This document shows, one piece after another, positions 38,901 through 49,000 of a DNA stretch of 64,000 bases. Under the pieces are notes generated by a model. That model had not been told where the DNA came from and did not search any database. It saw only the letters and a program-made list of their open reading frames with translations. The DNA is taken from contig OZ254086.1 in assembly GCA_965267575.1 (NCBI GenBank), forward strand, positions 4,128,001 through 4,192,000, in the 5' to 3' direction. Numbering within the stretch: the first letter of the stretch is position 1; the number at the start of each line of letters is the position of its first letter. Made by a program: the position numbers and the translations under genes. The DNA comes from Calditrichales bacterium. GTDB lineage: Bacteria > Calditrichota > Calditrichia > Calditrichales > J004.

Positions 38901-41900
38901 ATTTTTTCGAGCTGGGCGGCCATTCTCTTTTGGCCACGCAACTGGTTTCACGCATACGTGACGCCTTTGATGTGGAACTGCCGCTGCGTGATCTTTTTGA
39001 ACAACCCACTGTGGCTTATCTGGCGCGGATAATCGACAGCAGTCGTGACGGTGCCTCCGTTGATGTTCCGCCATTGAAAACGCAGCCCCGTGAAGGCGAC
39101 ATCCCGCTCACCTATTCACAACAGCGTCTTTGGTTTTTGGATCAGCTGCAACCGGGCGGCTCCTTTTATAACATCGGATCCGCTTTTATTATCAAAGGCG
39201 CATTAAATGAGGAGGTCCTGCAGCAAGCGGTAAACGCACTCGTGCGACGCCATGAAATACTGCGCACTACCTTTGAAGACAAGGAAGGCAAGCCCGTTCA
39301 GCGTATCGCCGAAAGCCTGGAAATTCCAATCCAAAAGCAGGATTTTTCCGGGTTGGAAAAAGCGGAGCAAGAGCAAAAACTGCGCGAGGCCGCCCGCAAA
39401 GAATTTGGCAGTTCCTTTGATCTGGCAAAAGGCCCGCTGCTGCGCGTTCATTTAATAACTCTTGGGCAGGAGCGCCACGCCCTGCTTACGAATATCCATC
39501 ATATTATTGCCGACGGCTGGTCCATGGGCGTCATCATTTCCGAGATTGCCGCGTTGTATGCCGGTTATGTTGGGGATGGCGAGGTGTCGTTACCGCCCCT
39601 GGATATCCAGTACGCCGACTACGCCATCTGGCAGCGCGAATGGCTGAAAGATGACGTGCTCGAAGATCAACTTAACTGGTGGAAAAATACAATCGGCAGC
39701 GACCCGCCTGTGCTGGAACTGCCGCTGGACCGTCCGCGTCCGGCCGTACAAACTTTTAATGGCGCGTCGTTTACCCGCGACCTCTCCAACGAACTTTCAC
39801 AAAATGTCGAAAGGTTGAGCAACAGCTACGGCGTCACATCCTTTATGACCTACCTGGCGGCTTTTCAGGCGCTGCTGCACCGCTACAGCAATCAACCGGA
39901 TGTCATTGTCGGTTCGCCCATTGCCAACAGGCGCCACTCCGAAACCGAAAAGCTGGTGGGCTTTTTTGTTAACAATCTTGTCTTAAAAACCGGCTTTGGA
40001 GATGATCCGGAATTTGGCGACCTGCTCAAACGTGTTCGTGAAAATACACTGGCCGCCTATGCACACCAGGATGTGCCCTTTGAACAGATTGTGGACGCCG
40101 TGGTGCGCAAACGCGAAATGAGTCATTCACCCGTTTTCCAGGTGATGTTTGTGTTCCAAAATCTGCCGCAGCAAAAAATTGAATCTGCCGGGCTTACGCT
40201 GGAAGGGCTGGAGGAAGATTCGACCACAGCCAAATTCGATATTTCGCTGACCCTGGCCCGCACCGATCATGGTATGGCCATGCAGTTGGAGTACAATACC
40301 GATCTGTTTGAGCGCTACACGATGGAGCGGATGGCGTCACACTATTTGCGTTTCCTGGACAGGGCCGTAAAAGATCCCGAATTAACCGTGTCCGAGATTG
40401 AATATCTGGGCAAAGAAGAAAAAGAACTGCTGTTGCAAGAATGGAATCACACAGCGGCAGAATTTGAACGTGAACTTTGCGTGCATGAAAAGTTTGCGCG
40501 CCACGTGGCCGAAACACCCGATCAACCCGCGCTGATTTATAAAGATAATACCATGTCCTACGCCGAACTGGACAAGAAAGCGGGAGCCATCGCGCGTAAG
40601 CTGCAGGACCTTGGTGTTGGGCACGATGACCGTGTGGGTATCTGCCTTGAGCGCTCATTTGAAATGATGGCCGGTATTGTCGGAGCCTTGAAAGCCGGCG
40701 CCGCTTTTGTGCCGCTGGATCCTGCTTATCCACAAGAACGCCTCAATTACATGATTGAAGACTCCGGGCTGAAAGTGCTGCTCTATCACAACGCCTCCAA
40801 AGAAACGGTGGAGACCCTCGACAAGAAACAGGCACATCCGCTTAACCTGGATGATGAGACAAATTTTCCGGCCACATCGCCGCGTCCGCTAAAAGTGTTT
40901 CCGCACAACCTGGCTTATATGATCTATACCTCCGGTTCCACCGGCAGGCCCAAAGGAACACTGCTGCCGCACCGCGGATTGCTCAACCTGGCCAACGAGC
41001 AGCGCAAGGCTTTTCAGATTTGCAAGGATACACGTATCCTGCAATTCTCTTCGCTCAGTTTTGATGCCGCCACCTGGGAAACGGTGATGGCGCTGCTGAA
41101 CGGCGCGACGCTGTGCCTGGTGGATCGGGAGATATTGAACTCGGGTGAAACTTTGGTGCAGGCGCTCAAAGAATTAAAGATCACGACTGTAACGCTGCCG
41201 CCGTCTGTGCTGGCGGTTTTCCCCAAAGAGGAGCTCCCGGATCTAAAAACGATCGTTACCGCAGGTGAAAAATGCACCACTGAACTGGTCAGGAACTGGG
41301 CCGGCGGACGCAGATTCTTTAACGCCTACGGACCGACCGAAACGACTGTGTGCGCGTCGATGTACCTGACGAACGAGAACGAAAAAGAGGCGCCGCCCAT
41401 CGGATCGCCGATCGGCAACTTCCGGCTTTATGTGCTGGACGAGCGTCAGCAACCTGTGGCTATTGGAATTCCAGGTGAATTATGTATCGGCGGCGAGGGA
41501 CTTGCCCGGGGCTATCACAAGCGCGCCGGTCTTACCGCTGAAAAATTCATCCCCGATCCGTTCAGCGGCGAAGAAGGCAGCCGTCTTTACCGCAGCGGCG
41601 ATCTTGTGCGCTGGACGCGCGACGGCAACCTTGAATTTATGGGACGCATCGACCAGCAGGTTAAAGTACGCGGTTTCCGCATTGAGCTGGGCGAAATCGA
41701 AAGTAATTTAGGCGCCTTAGAAGGCATCCGTGATGCCGTGGTGCTGGCGCGCGAAGATGTACCCGGCGAAAAGCGTCTTGTCGGTTATTACGTTACGGAC
41801 AAGGACAAAATGCTTCAGCCGTCCGAAATACGATCCGCTTTGAAGAAGACATTACCGGAATACATGGTGCCCGCGGCTTTCTTGGCGCTGGACGCCATGC

Positions 41901-42295
41901 CGCTGACACCCAACGGCAAAATCGATCGTCGCGCCCTGCCGGCCCCGGAAATGGATCGCTCGCAACTGTCTGCTGAATTCATCGCCCCGCGAAACGAAAC
42001 GGAAAAAGCGCTGGCCGAAATCGCCGGCGAATTGCTACACGTCGAAAAAGTGGGCGTCTACGATAATTTCTTTGAGTTGGGCGGGCACTCGCTGCTGGCG
42101 ACGCAATATATTTCGCGCGTGCGCTCTCGCTTTGATGTGGAAATCCCGCTGATGGCGCTGTTCGAAAAGCCGACCATCGCCGAGCTGTCCGACGCCGTCG
42201 AGATCGCCAAAGCCAGCGGCATTAAAGCCAAACCAAAAATCGAACGCGTAGACCGCGGCAGCCGCGCGGCGAGAAGACCGCGGAGGCGGGAGTAA
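35942..42295 (+). CDS. NRPS C(DCL)-A(unassigned)-PCP-C-A(Phe)-PCP
   Basis: DIYPLSPMQQGMLFH, HHLLIDGWG. A codes DAGTAVGVG(K) and DAWTVAAVC(K). Two LGGHSL PCPs. Confidence 0.96.
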   Translation: MENIKDIYPLSPMQQGMLFHTLYAPETEAYIEQLSCTLHGNLNTDAFRRAWQEVLNRHDILRSAFIWQDVEEPLQVVHEQLELPFEVLDWSGKNDGEKAYAQFLADTRRAGLDLSDAPLLRIYLIRVAADKHYFIFLHHHLLIDGWGLPVIMGEVFKLYSAYDKGEDIYLETPRPYSEYIAWLQQQDMEQAKSFWQERMAGFTAPTPLTVDRPAQKDDTGYRIDRFNLDEQASQKLHELARTKGITLNTVIQGAWAFLLSRYSRNDDVVFGATVSGRPAEIPGIETMVGLFINTLPVRALIDDENSFSTYLNSLQMQQAETRQYEYTPLIEIQGVSDVPRDLPLFETLLVFENYPMDEAMQQQESELKVRDVHFQERSNYPLTLVSAPGKIIAFEMAYETARLSADTIERMAAHFKMILTQLAEKPEKKLKDVLLLDEAEYKKTVYEWNETDSAYPDKTIHACFEAMVKKYPQHKALVFGEESRSYDQLNRRANQIANLLLEKGLQPEEPVAICLPRSFDMIAASIAVLKAGGCYVPIDSTYPADRINYIIDDSGAGKIITHSSLDALPADKPMLLLDKMQAELQKMSADNPSHNVDQDFLAYIIYTSGSTGKPKGVMLRHGGFMNLADAQQKSFEVKPQSHYLQFASFSFDAAVGEIFVALTAGAALYLIEKETILSKEKLTRFLNDNQIHVATLPPSLLSVLADQEFPHLQTIASVGEACSLELAGKWKDRVRFFNGYGPTEASVGCAWTIVEKLPENTRTMPIGKPIQNDRLYILDEHLKPCPIGVPGELCIASVGLARGYLQRPGLSAEKFVPNPFSKKEGARLYRTGDLVRWLPDGNLEFLGRIDFQVKIRGNRIELGEIEAVLTRHENVREAVVLALGDNPDAMRLAAYVVLNEPAKSDAPALRRYMAGELPEYMLPSAIVLMDEFPLTHNGKINRRALPEPQEDDSHSGSYVAPSTPTEELLAGIWADVLKKERVGAADNFFELGGHSLLATQLVSRIRDAFDVELPLRDLFEQPTVAYLARIIDSSRDGASVDVPPLKTQPREGDIPLTYSQQRLWFLDQLQPGGSFYNIGSAFIIKGALNEEVLQQAVNALVRRHEILRTTFEDKEGKPVQRIAESLEIPIQKQDFSGLEKAEQEQKLREAARKEFGSSFDLAKGPLLRVHLITLGQERHALLTNIHHIIADGWSMGVIISEIAALYAGYVGDGEVSLPPLDIQYADYAIWQREWLKDDVLEDQLNWWKNTIGSDPPVLELPLDRPRPAVQTFNGASFTRDLSNELSQNVERLSNSYGVTSFMTYLAAFQALLHRYSNQPDVIVGSPIANRRHSETEKLVGFFVNNLVLKTGFGDDPEFGDLLKRVRENTLAAYAHQDVPFEQIVDAVVRKREMSHSPVFQVMFVFQNLPQQKIESAGLTLEGLEEDSTTAKFDISLTLARTDHGMAMQLEYNTDLFERYTMERMASHYLRFLDRAVKDPELTVSEIEYLGKEEKELLLQEWNHTAAEFERELCVHEKFARHVAETPDQPALIYKDNTMSYAELDKKAGAIARKLQDLGVGHDDRVGICLERSFEMMAGIVGALKAGAAFVPLDPAYPQERLNYMIEDSGLKVLLYHNASKETVETLDKKQAHPLNLDDETNFPATSPRPLKVFPHNLAYMIYTSGSTGRPKGTLLPHRGLLNLANEQRKAFQICKDTRILQFSSLSFDAATWETVMALLNGATLCLVDREILNSGETLVQALKELKITTVTLPPSVLAVFPKEELPDLKTIVTAGEKCTTELVRNWAGGRRFFNAYGPTETTVCASMYLTNENEKEAPPIGSPIGNFRLYVLDERQQPVAIGIPGELCIGGEGLARGYHKRAGLTAEKFIPDPFSGEEGSRLYRSGDLVRWTRDGNLEFMGRIDQQVKVRGFRIELGEIESNLGALEGIRDAVVLAREDVPGEKRLVGYYVTDKDKMLQPSEIRSALKKTLPEYMVPAAFLALDAMPLTPNGKIDRRALPAPEMDRSQLSAEFIAPRNETEKALAEIAGELLHVEKVGVYDNFFELGGHSLLATQYISRVRSRFDVEIPLMALFEKPTIAELSDAVEIAKASGIKAKPKIERVDRGSRAARRPRRRE

Positions 42296-42345
42296 ATTGG
42301 TGAATTAGGTTTTTTTCAAAATTCAAAGGTAAGCCGAAATACGAT

Positions 42346-42438
42346 CCCCCGCTCGGGCGGGGCTAGGGGTGGGTTTTTTCGACCTTCTGGATCAATATAA
42401 TATGATTGACCCATTCCGAACCTTTTCCGTGAAGGGAA
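42346..42438. repeat. REP-like repeat cluster upstream of the DUF559 gene
   Basis: CCCCCGCTCGGGCGGGG forms a hairpin. GGGCTAGGGGTGGGTT (42360-42375) is the 15/16 inverted complement of 42853-42868. 42409-42438 is a 24/30 direct match to 42854-42883. Confidence 0.65.
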
Positions 42439-42475
42439 TTAGTTTGTGGATTTATCAATGGTGGGGCATAATTGA

Positions 42476-42865
42476 ATGAAAAGAAAAAAGATCATTCCCT
42501 ACCGACATGACTTGGTAGAAAAGGCGCGTTATCTGAGAAACAACGCGACATTTTCAGAACGCCTGCTATGGAAACACTTAAAAAAAAGCCAATTGAAGGG
42601 ATATGACTTTGATCGTCAAAAACCCATAGATAAATATATCGTTGATTTCTTTTGTAATGAACTCAGTTTGGCAATTGAAATTGATGGGGATACGCATTTG
42701 AACAAAACAGTTTATGATGCAAAAAGGGAATCGGATTTAGAAAGGCTTGGCATTATAGTTATTCGCTTTGATGGAAAAAGCGTTGTTGAGAATACCGATG
42801 GTGTACTGCAAAAAATCGTATTTGAAATCGAGAAAATTGAAGGTACGGGAAGAACCCATCCCTAG
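42476..42865 (+). CDS. DUF559 / Vsr-like endonuclease domain protein
   Basis: ARYLRNNATFSERLLW, FDRQKPIDKYIVDFFC, LAIEIDGDTH, RESDLERLGIIVIRF. AT-rich compared with the flanking NRPS genes. Confidence 0.9.
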   Translation: MKRKKIIPYRHDLVEKARYLRNNATFSERLLWKHLKKSQLKGYDFDRQKPIDKYIVDFFCNELSLAIEIDGDTHLNKTVYDAKRESDLERLGIIVIRFDGKSVVENTDGVLQKIVFEIEKIEGTGRTHP

Positions 42866-42883
42866 CCCTTCCCGAGAAGGGAA
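42853..42883. repeat. REP-like repeat overlapping the DUF559 stop codon
   Basis: AACCCATCCCTAGCCCTTCCCGAGAAGGGAA contains the TAG stop and a TTCCC...GGGAA hairpin. Confidence 0.65.
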
Positions 42884-43040
42884 CTGTTTTTGGGGTTAAT
42901 GTAATATGATGGTACAAATACTTTAAATGACAAAATATAATAACACAAACACTGAAATTCTCCCTATAAATCGGGCAAGTTTTTTCGAGAAAAAATTAGT
43001 TTGTGGCTTAATCACGATCCTGGATTTTTAAACTCATAAT

Positions 43041-46000
43041 ATGCCAAATAACACGATTGAAACAGCAGAACAGGAAGTATTCATTTTTCCGACGTCGTTT
43101 GCGCAACGGCGTTTGTGGTTTCTGGACCAGTTTGAGCCGGGAAGTCCCTTTTACAATATCCCGACGGCTGTACGCATAAAAGGCAATCTGGACGTAGACG
43201 CGCTGGCCGATACGATTGATGAAATTGTTTTCCGCCAGGAGTCGTTGCGAACCACGTTTGATTCGGAAAACGGCGAGCCGGTGCAGGTAATCCATCCGGA
43301 AATGACCTGTCCGCTGAAGGTCGTTGATCTGAGCCATCTGGCTGATAAAGAGCGTGACAAAGAAGCGTTGCGCCTGGCCAACAATGAAGCGCGCACGCCG
43401 TTTGATCTTAAAACCGGTCCGCTGTTCCGCTCCACTCTTCTTGTGCTAAGCTCCAATAAGTATATGATGCTGGTTACGATGCATCACATTATCAGCGACG
43501 GCTGGTCGGTTGGTGTGTTTATGCGCGAAGTGGCCGCCATTTACGATGCTTTCAGCCGTGACCAGGATTCTCCCCTGCCGGAGCTCGAAATCCAGTATGC
43601 CGATTTCACCAACTGGCAGCGTGAGTGGCTCAAAGACGATGTACTGGAAAAGCAGCTCGATTACTGGAAGCAAAAGCTTGGCATGAATGTGCCCGTGCTT
43701 GAGCTGCCGACCGACAAGCCGCGACCGGCTGTGCAGTCGTCGCGCGGCGCCACCCTGATGCTCCATATCCCGGAAGAGATCAAGCAGGCGCAACTGCAGC
43801 TTAGCCGCAAAGAAGGTATCACGCCGTTCATGAGTTATCTGACTGCCTTCTACATGCTGCTGCAACGCTGGTCTTCGCAGGAAGATATCTGCGTGGGTAC
43901 GCCCATCGCCAACCGCACCCAACGCGAAACCGAAGCCATCATCGGCTTTTTTGTGAATACGCTGGTCCTGCGCAACGACCTTTCCGGCGACCCCTCTTTC
44001 CGCGAGTTGGGGCAGCGGGTGCGCAAGATGACCCTGGATGCCTATGCCCATCAGGACCTGCCATTTGAAATGCTGGTGGAAACGGTACAGCCGGAACGCA
44101 GCATGAGCCACAGTCCGCTTTTCCAGGTAATGTTTATCCTGCAAAATGCCACCGGCGGCGGTGCGGCACAACAAGACGGCAACGGCCAGAGCGACATCAT
44201 CATGGAGCAGGTGCAGGTCGATGCCGGCACATCCACTTTTGACTTAACAATATCCCTTTCCGAGCAGAATGACGGCATCAGTGCCTCGCTCGAGTTTTGC
44301 ACCGACCTGTTTGAAAAAGAAACGATGGAGCGTTTCCTGCGCCAATACAGGGAAATGCTGCGCCAGACAGCAGCGAACCCCGACACCGCCCTTTCAGCAA
44401 TCGACTTTTTGGATGAAGATGAGAAAAACAAAATCCTGGTTGAGTGGAACAATACGGACGCGCAGTACGACCATCATATCTGCATGCACACGCTGGTGGA
44501 AGCGCACGCCGACCGGGAGCCGAACAGCATTGCCGTGGCTTACCGCGGGACATACCTCAGTTATGCTGAACTAAACAGCCGCGCCAACAAACTGGCCCGT
44601 TACCTGCGTGACAAAGGCGTGGGTGTTGAAATCCCTGTTGGGATTGTTCTGGAAAAATCGCCGGACCTGATGGTGGCCGTGCTGGCCGTCCTCAAATCCG
44701 GCGGTGGCTACGTGCCAATGGACCCCGATTATCCGCAGGATCGCCTGGCCCACATGATAAGCGATTCGGCCACGCCGTTACTGATAACCCGTGAAGAACT
44801 GTTGCCGCGTCTGCCGGAAAATAATGCTGAGATCATCTGCCTCGATAAAGAGGACGATGCCATCAGCAGCTACGACGGCAGTAACCCGAAGCCGCTCAGC
44901 GGTCCGCACAACATGGCTTACATGATCTATACCTCCGGCACGACCGGCCAGGCCAAAGGTACGATTATCAGCCATAAAAGCTGGGTAAACAGCTACTTCG
45001 CCTGGGAAAACGCCTATGAGCTTAAAACGCGCTGCCGCTCACACCTGCAAATGGCCAACTTCTCTTTTGACGTTTTTGCCGGCGACACCATCCGCGCCCT
45101 TGGCTCCGGCGGCAAGATGACCCTGATCCCGCGCGACATCCTGCTGAACGCCGGGCAGCTTTATGAACAAATACTCAAAGAAAAGGTGACGATCGCTGAA
45201 TTCGTGCCGGCAGTTCTGCGCAACCTCGTGGCACACCTGGATGAGATCGGCAAAGACCTGAGCTTTATGCGCTGCCTCATCGCCGGCTCCGACGCCTGGT
45301 ATGTGGGCGAATACCAGCAGTTTCTGGATTATTGCGGCCCCGAAACAAGACTGATCAACTCTTTTGGCCTGACTGAAGCGTCCATCGATACGACATATTT
45401 TGAAGCAGCCGGGCTAAATCTTCCAAAGGACCGCCTCGTGCCCATTGGACGGGTATTTTCAAAAATGAGCGTCTACATTGTGGATGCCAACCTGCGTCCG
45501 CAGCCCATCGGCGTTCCCGGCGAGATCTGCGTCGGCGGCGAAGGTCTGGCACGCGGCTACCACAAAAGGCCGTCGCTTACCGCGGAAAAATTCGTGCCCA
45601 ATCCTTTTGCGGCGCAGAACGGCGAGCGCATGTACCGCACCGGCGACCGCGGCCGTTTCCTTAACGACGGCAACATTGAATTCCTTGGCCGCATGGACCA
45701 CCAGGTAAAATTGCGCGGATTCCGGATTGAGCTGGGTGAGATTGAATCCAGCCTGGGCCGCCACAAGCAGGTGGAGCAATGCGCCGTGATCGTGCGCGAA
45801 GATACGCCCGGCGATAAGCGCCTGGTGGCCTACTTTGTCCCGGAAGATCCGCAGCAACAGCCCGACCGCATGGAGCTGCGCCGCTTTCTGCTGGAAAAGC
45901 TGCCCGACTACATGGTGCCCAATGCCTTTGTTACCATCCAAAAAGTTCCGCTTACACCCAACGGCAAGGTGGATCGCAAGGCCCTGCCCCGGCCCGATGC

Positions 46001-49000
46001 TTCGGCGTTTGGCTCCGAGGCCGAATATGTCGCGCCGCGATCCGAAGATGAGAAAAAGCTAGCCGGTATTTATGCCGAAGTGCTCAAGCTTGAGAAAGTC
46101 GGCGTAACCAGCAACTTCTTTGACCTGGGCGGACACTCGCTTTTGGCTACGCAGCTTGTTTCGCGCATCCGCGACGCTTTTGACATGGATATCCCTCTGC
46201 GCAATATTTTTGAATTTCCCACGATTGCCGCGCTGGCCGAACGGCTGGAAATTGCCCGTCGCGGACAAACCGGCGTGCAGGCACCGCCGATAATGGCGGT
46301 ATCACGCCAACAGCAACTGCCGCTTTCCTTCAGTCAGCAACGCCTGTGGTTCCTGGAGCAGCTTGCACCGGGCACGGCCAATTACAACATCCCCGAAGCG
46401 GCACGTATACGCGGTACACTGGACCCCGCCATACTGCAGCGCTGCCTCGATGCAATTATCGACAGGCATGAAAACCTGCGCACCAATTTTGAAAATGACA
46501 ACGGCCAACCACGACTGGTTATCCACGATGAGCGGCAACTGCCCATAGAGTTTTTTGATTTGCGTGATATCGCCAAAGCCGCGCGTGAAGAAAAAGCCAT
46601 GGAGATCGCCCGCTCCTTTGCCCGCACGGTGCTTAACCTGGCGGAAGGACCGCTTATGCGCGCCGGTCTGGTTCAGCTGGCCGACCGGGAATTCTTCTTC
46701 CTGCTCACCAGCCACCACATCATTTCCGACGATTGGTCGACGCAGGTGTTTATCCGCGAGCTGGCCGTACTTTACGACGCCTATAGCAATGATGAGAAAC
46801 CGGCCTTGCCGCCGTTGCCGGTTCAATATGCCGATTTTGCCCATTGGCAGCAAAACTGGCTCAGCGGCGAAATACTTGACGCTCAGTTAAACTACTGGAA
46901 GGAAACGCTGAGCGAGACACCGGCCGTGCTGGAACTGCCGACGGATAAACCGCGGCCACGGGTGCAATCGATAAACGGCGATTATAAAACATTTTACCTG
47001 ACCGCGGAGCAGTCCGAACGTGTAAGCCGCTTTACACGGGACCACGGCGCAACCATGTTTATGACCCTGATGGCGGTTTTTGAAGCGCTGCTTTACCGCT
47101 ACAGCGCCCAGGAACGATTTAACGTGGGTACGCCCATCGCCAACCGCAACCGCGCCGAAGTGGAGCCCTTGATCGGCTTTTTTGTCAACACGCTGGTGAT
47201 GAACGCCGACCTGCGTGGTGAGCCCACTTTTCTTGAACTGTTGCAGCGTGTGCGGGAAACCGCTTTAGGCGCTTACGCCCATCAGGACCTGCCCTTTGAA
47301 AAGATCGTTGATGCCCTGCATCTGGAGCGCGACCTCAGCCGTTCGCCGCTGTTCCAGGTGATGTTTGTGCTGCAAAGCGCTGCCCCCACGGAGAGTAACG
47401 CCGGTGATCGTGAAAGTGAGTTGGAAATATCGCCCATCGAATCACACATGGGCACGTCAAAGTTTGATCTTACCCTGTTTATGGTGGATGATGGCAAACA
47501 GCTCTCGGGCGCGCTGGAATACAACACCGACCTGTTTGGAGAACAAACGATTTCGCGTCTGCTGCAATATTTTGAACGCCTGCTGATGGCGGTTGTCAGC
47601 CAACCGCACAGGCGGATTGAATCCATCCCGCTGACGACGCCCGCCGAGACCGATGCCCTTTTGCAGACCCTTAACCACACCTGGCAAGCGCAGCCTTTGC
47701 CTTTTGGCCACGTTCTGGATATGCTCGCACAAAACGCACAAACCTACGCTGAAAAAACGGCCCTTGTCTTTGGCGATGAAGAAATTTCCTACGACGAACT
47801 GAACCGCCGCTCCAACCGTCTCGCCCATTATCTGCTGGCCAATGGCGCCGGGCCGGACATGCTGATCGGGCTCTGTTTTGAGCGCCACCCGCAGATGGTG
47901 TTGGCCTTGCTGGCCGTGCTCAAAGCCGGCGCAGCCTATGTGCCGCTGGACCCGGCTTATCCGCAGGAGCGCCTGGCCTACATGATCGGTGACAGTGGCA
48001 TGAAGCTGCTACTGGCACACGACGCCACGGTAGGGAAACTGCCGCAAACCCAAAATGTAGCGCTGCTGAATGTGGACGATCTGAACGAAACAGTGCAAAA
48101 GCAGCCGGACGGCAACCCCGCTGTTGCGATCGACGCGCAGCATTTGGCTTATATGATTTATACGTCAGGTTCGACGGGCCGGCCAAAGGGCACGATGATT
48201 TCTCACGGCGGGTTAATACACTATTTGAGCTGGACAAAACAGGCCTATCCGCTGGATGAGGGGCGCGGTTCGCTGCTGCATTCGACGATCGCTTTTGATG
48301 CCACGGTGACGGCGTTATACACGCCGCTTCTGACCGGCAAAAGCATCACGCTGGCCGCTGCCGATGACGATTTGCAGGCACTGGGAAATACGTTGGTCAG
48401 GCATGGCGATTTCAACGTTGTCAAGATCACGCCGGCGCATCTGGACCTGCTGAGTCATCAGCTTGAACCCGCTCAGGCCGCGGGCTTAACGCGCGCATTT
48501 GTGATCGGCGGGGAGAACCTGGATGCCGCGCAGATCGCCTTCTGGCGCAAGCACGCGCCGCGGACGCACCTGTTTAACGAGTACGGTCCTACCGAAACAG
48601 TAGTAGGCTGCGTCGTGTTCGACGCCCGCGCTTGGGACGGCGCCGGTTCGGTGCCCATTGGCCGCGCCATTCCGGGCAGCCCGGTGTATGTTTTGGACGC
48701 GCAGATGCAGCCTTTGCCGCCGGGCGTACCGGGCGAGCTGTACATCGGCGGGAACGGTGTGGCGCGCGGCTATCATGGGCGTGCCGCGCTTACGGCCGAT
48801 CGTTTTGTGCCCGATCCGTTTTCCGGGCAGCCCGGGGCGCGCATGTACAAAACGGGCGACCTGGTGCGCTGGCTCAACAGCGAGCAACTGATCTTCCTCG
48901 GCCGCATCGACGAGCAGGTAAAAATCCGCGGCTACCGCATTGAGCTGGGGGAAATTGAGGCCGCGCTGGCAGAATTGAAAGGTGTGCGCGACAGCGTCGT

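Noticed and set aside
42296..43040. Classical IS element or CRISPR array
   Set aside because: No transposase motifs and no regular repeat-spacer periodicity. Only a few degenerate repeats are present.
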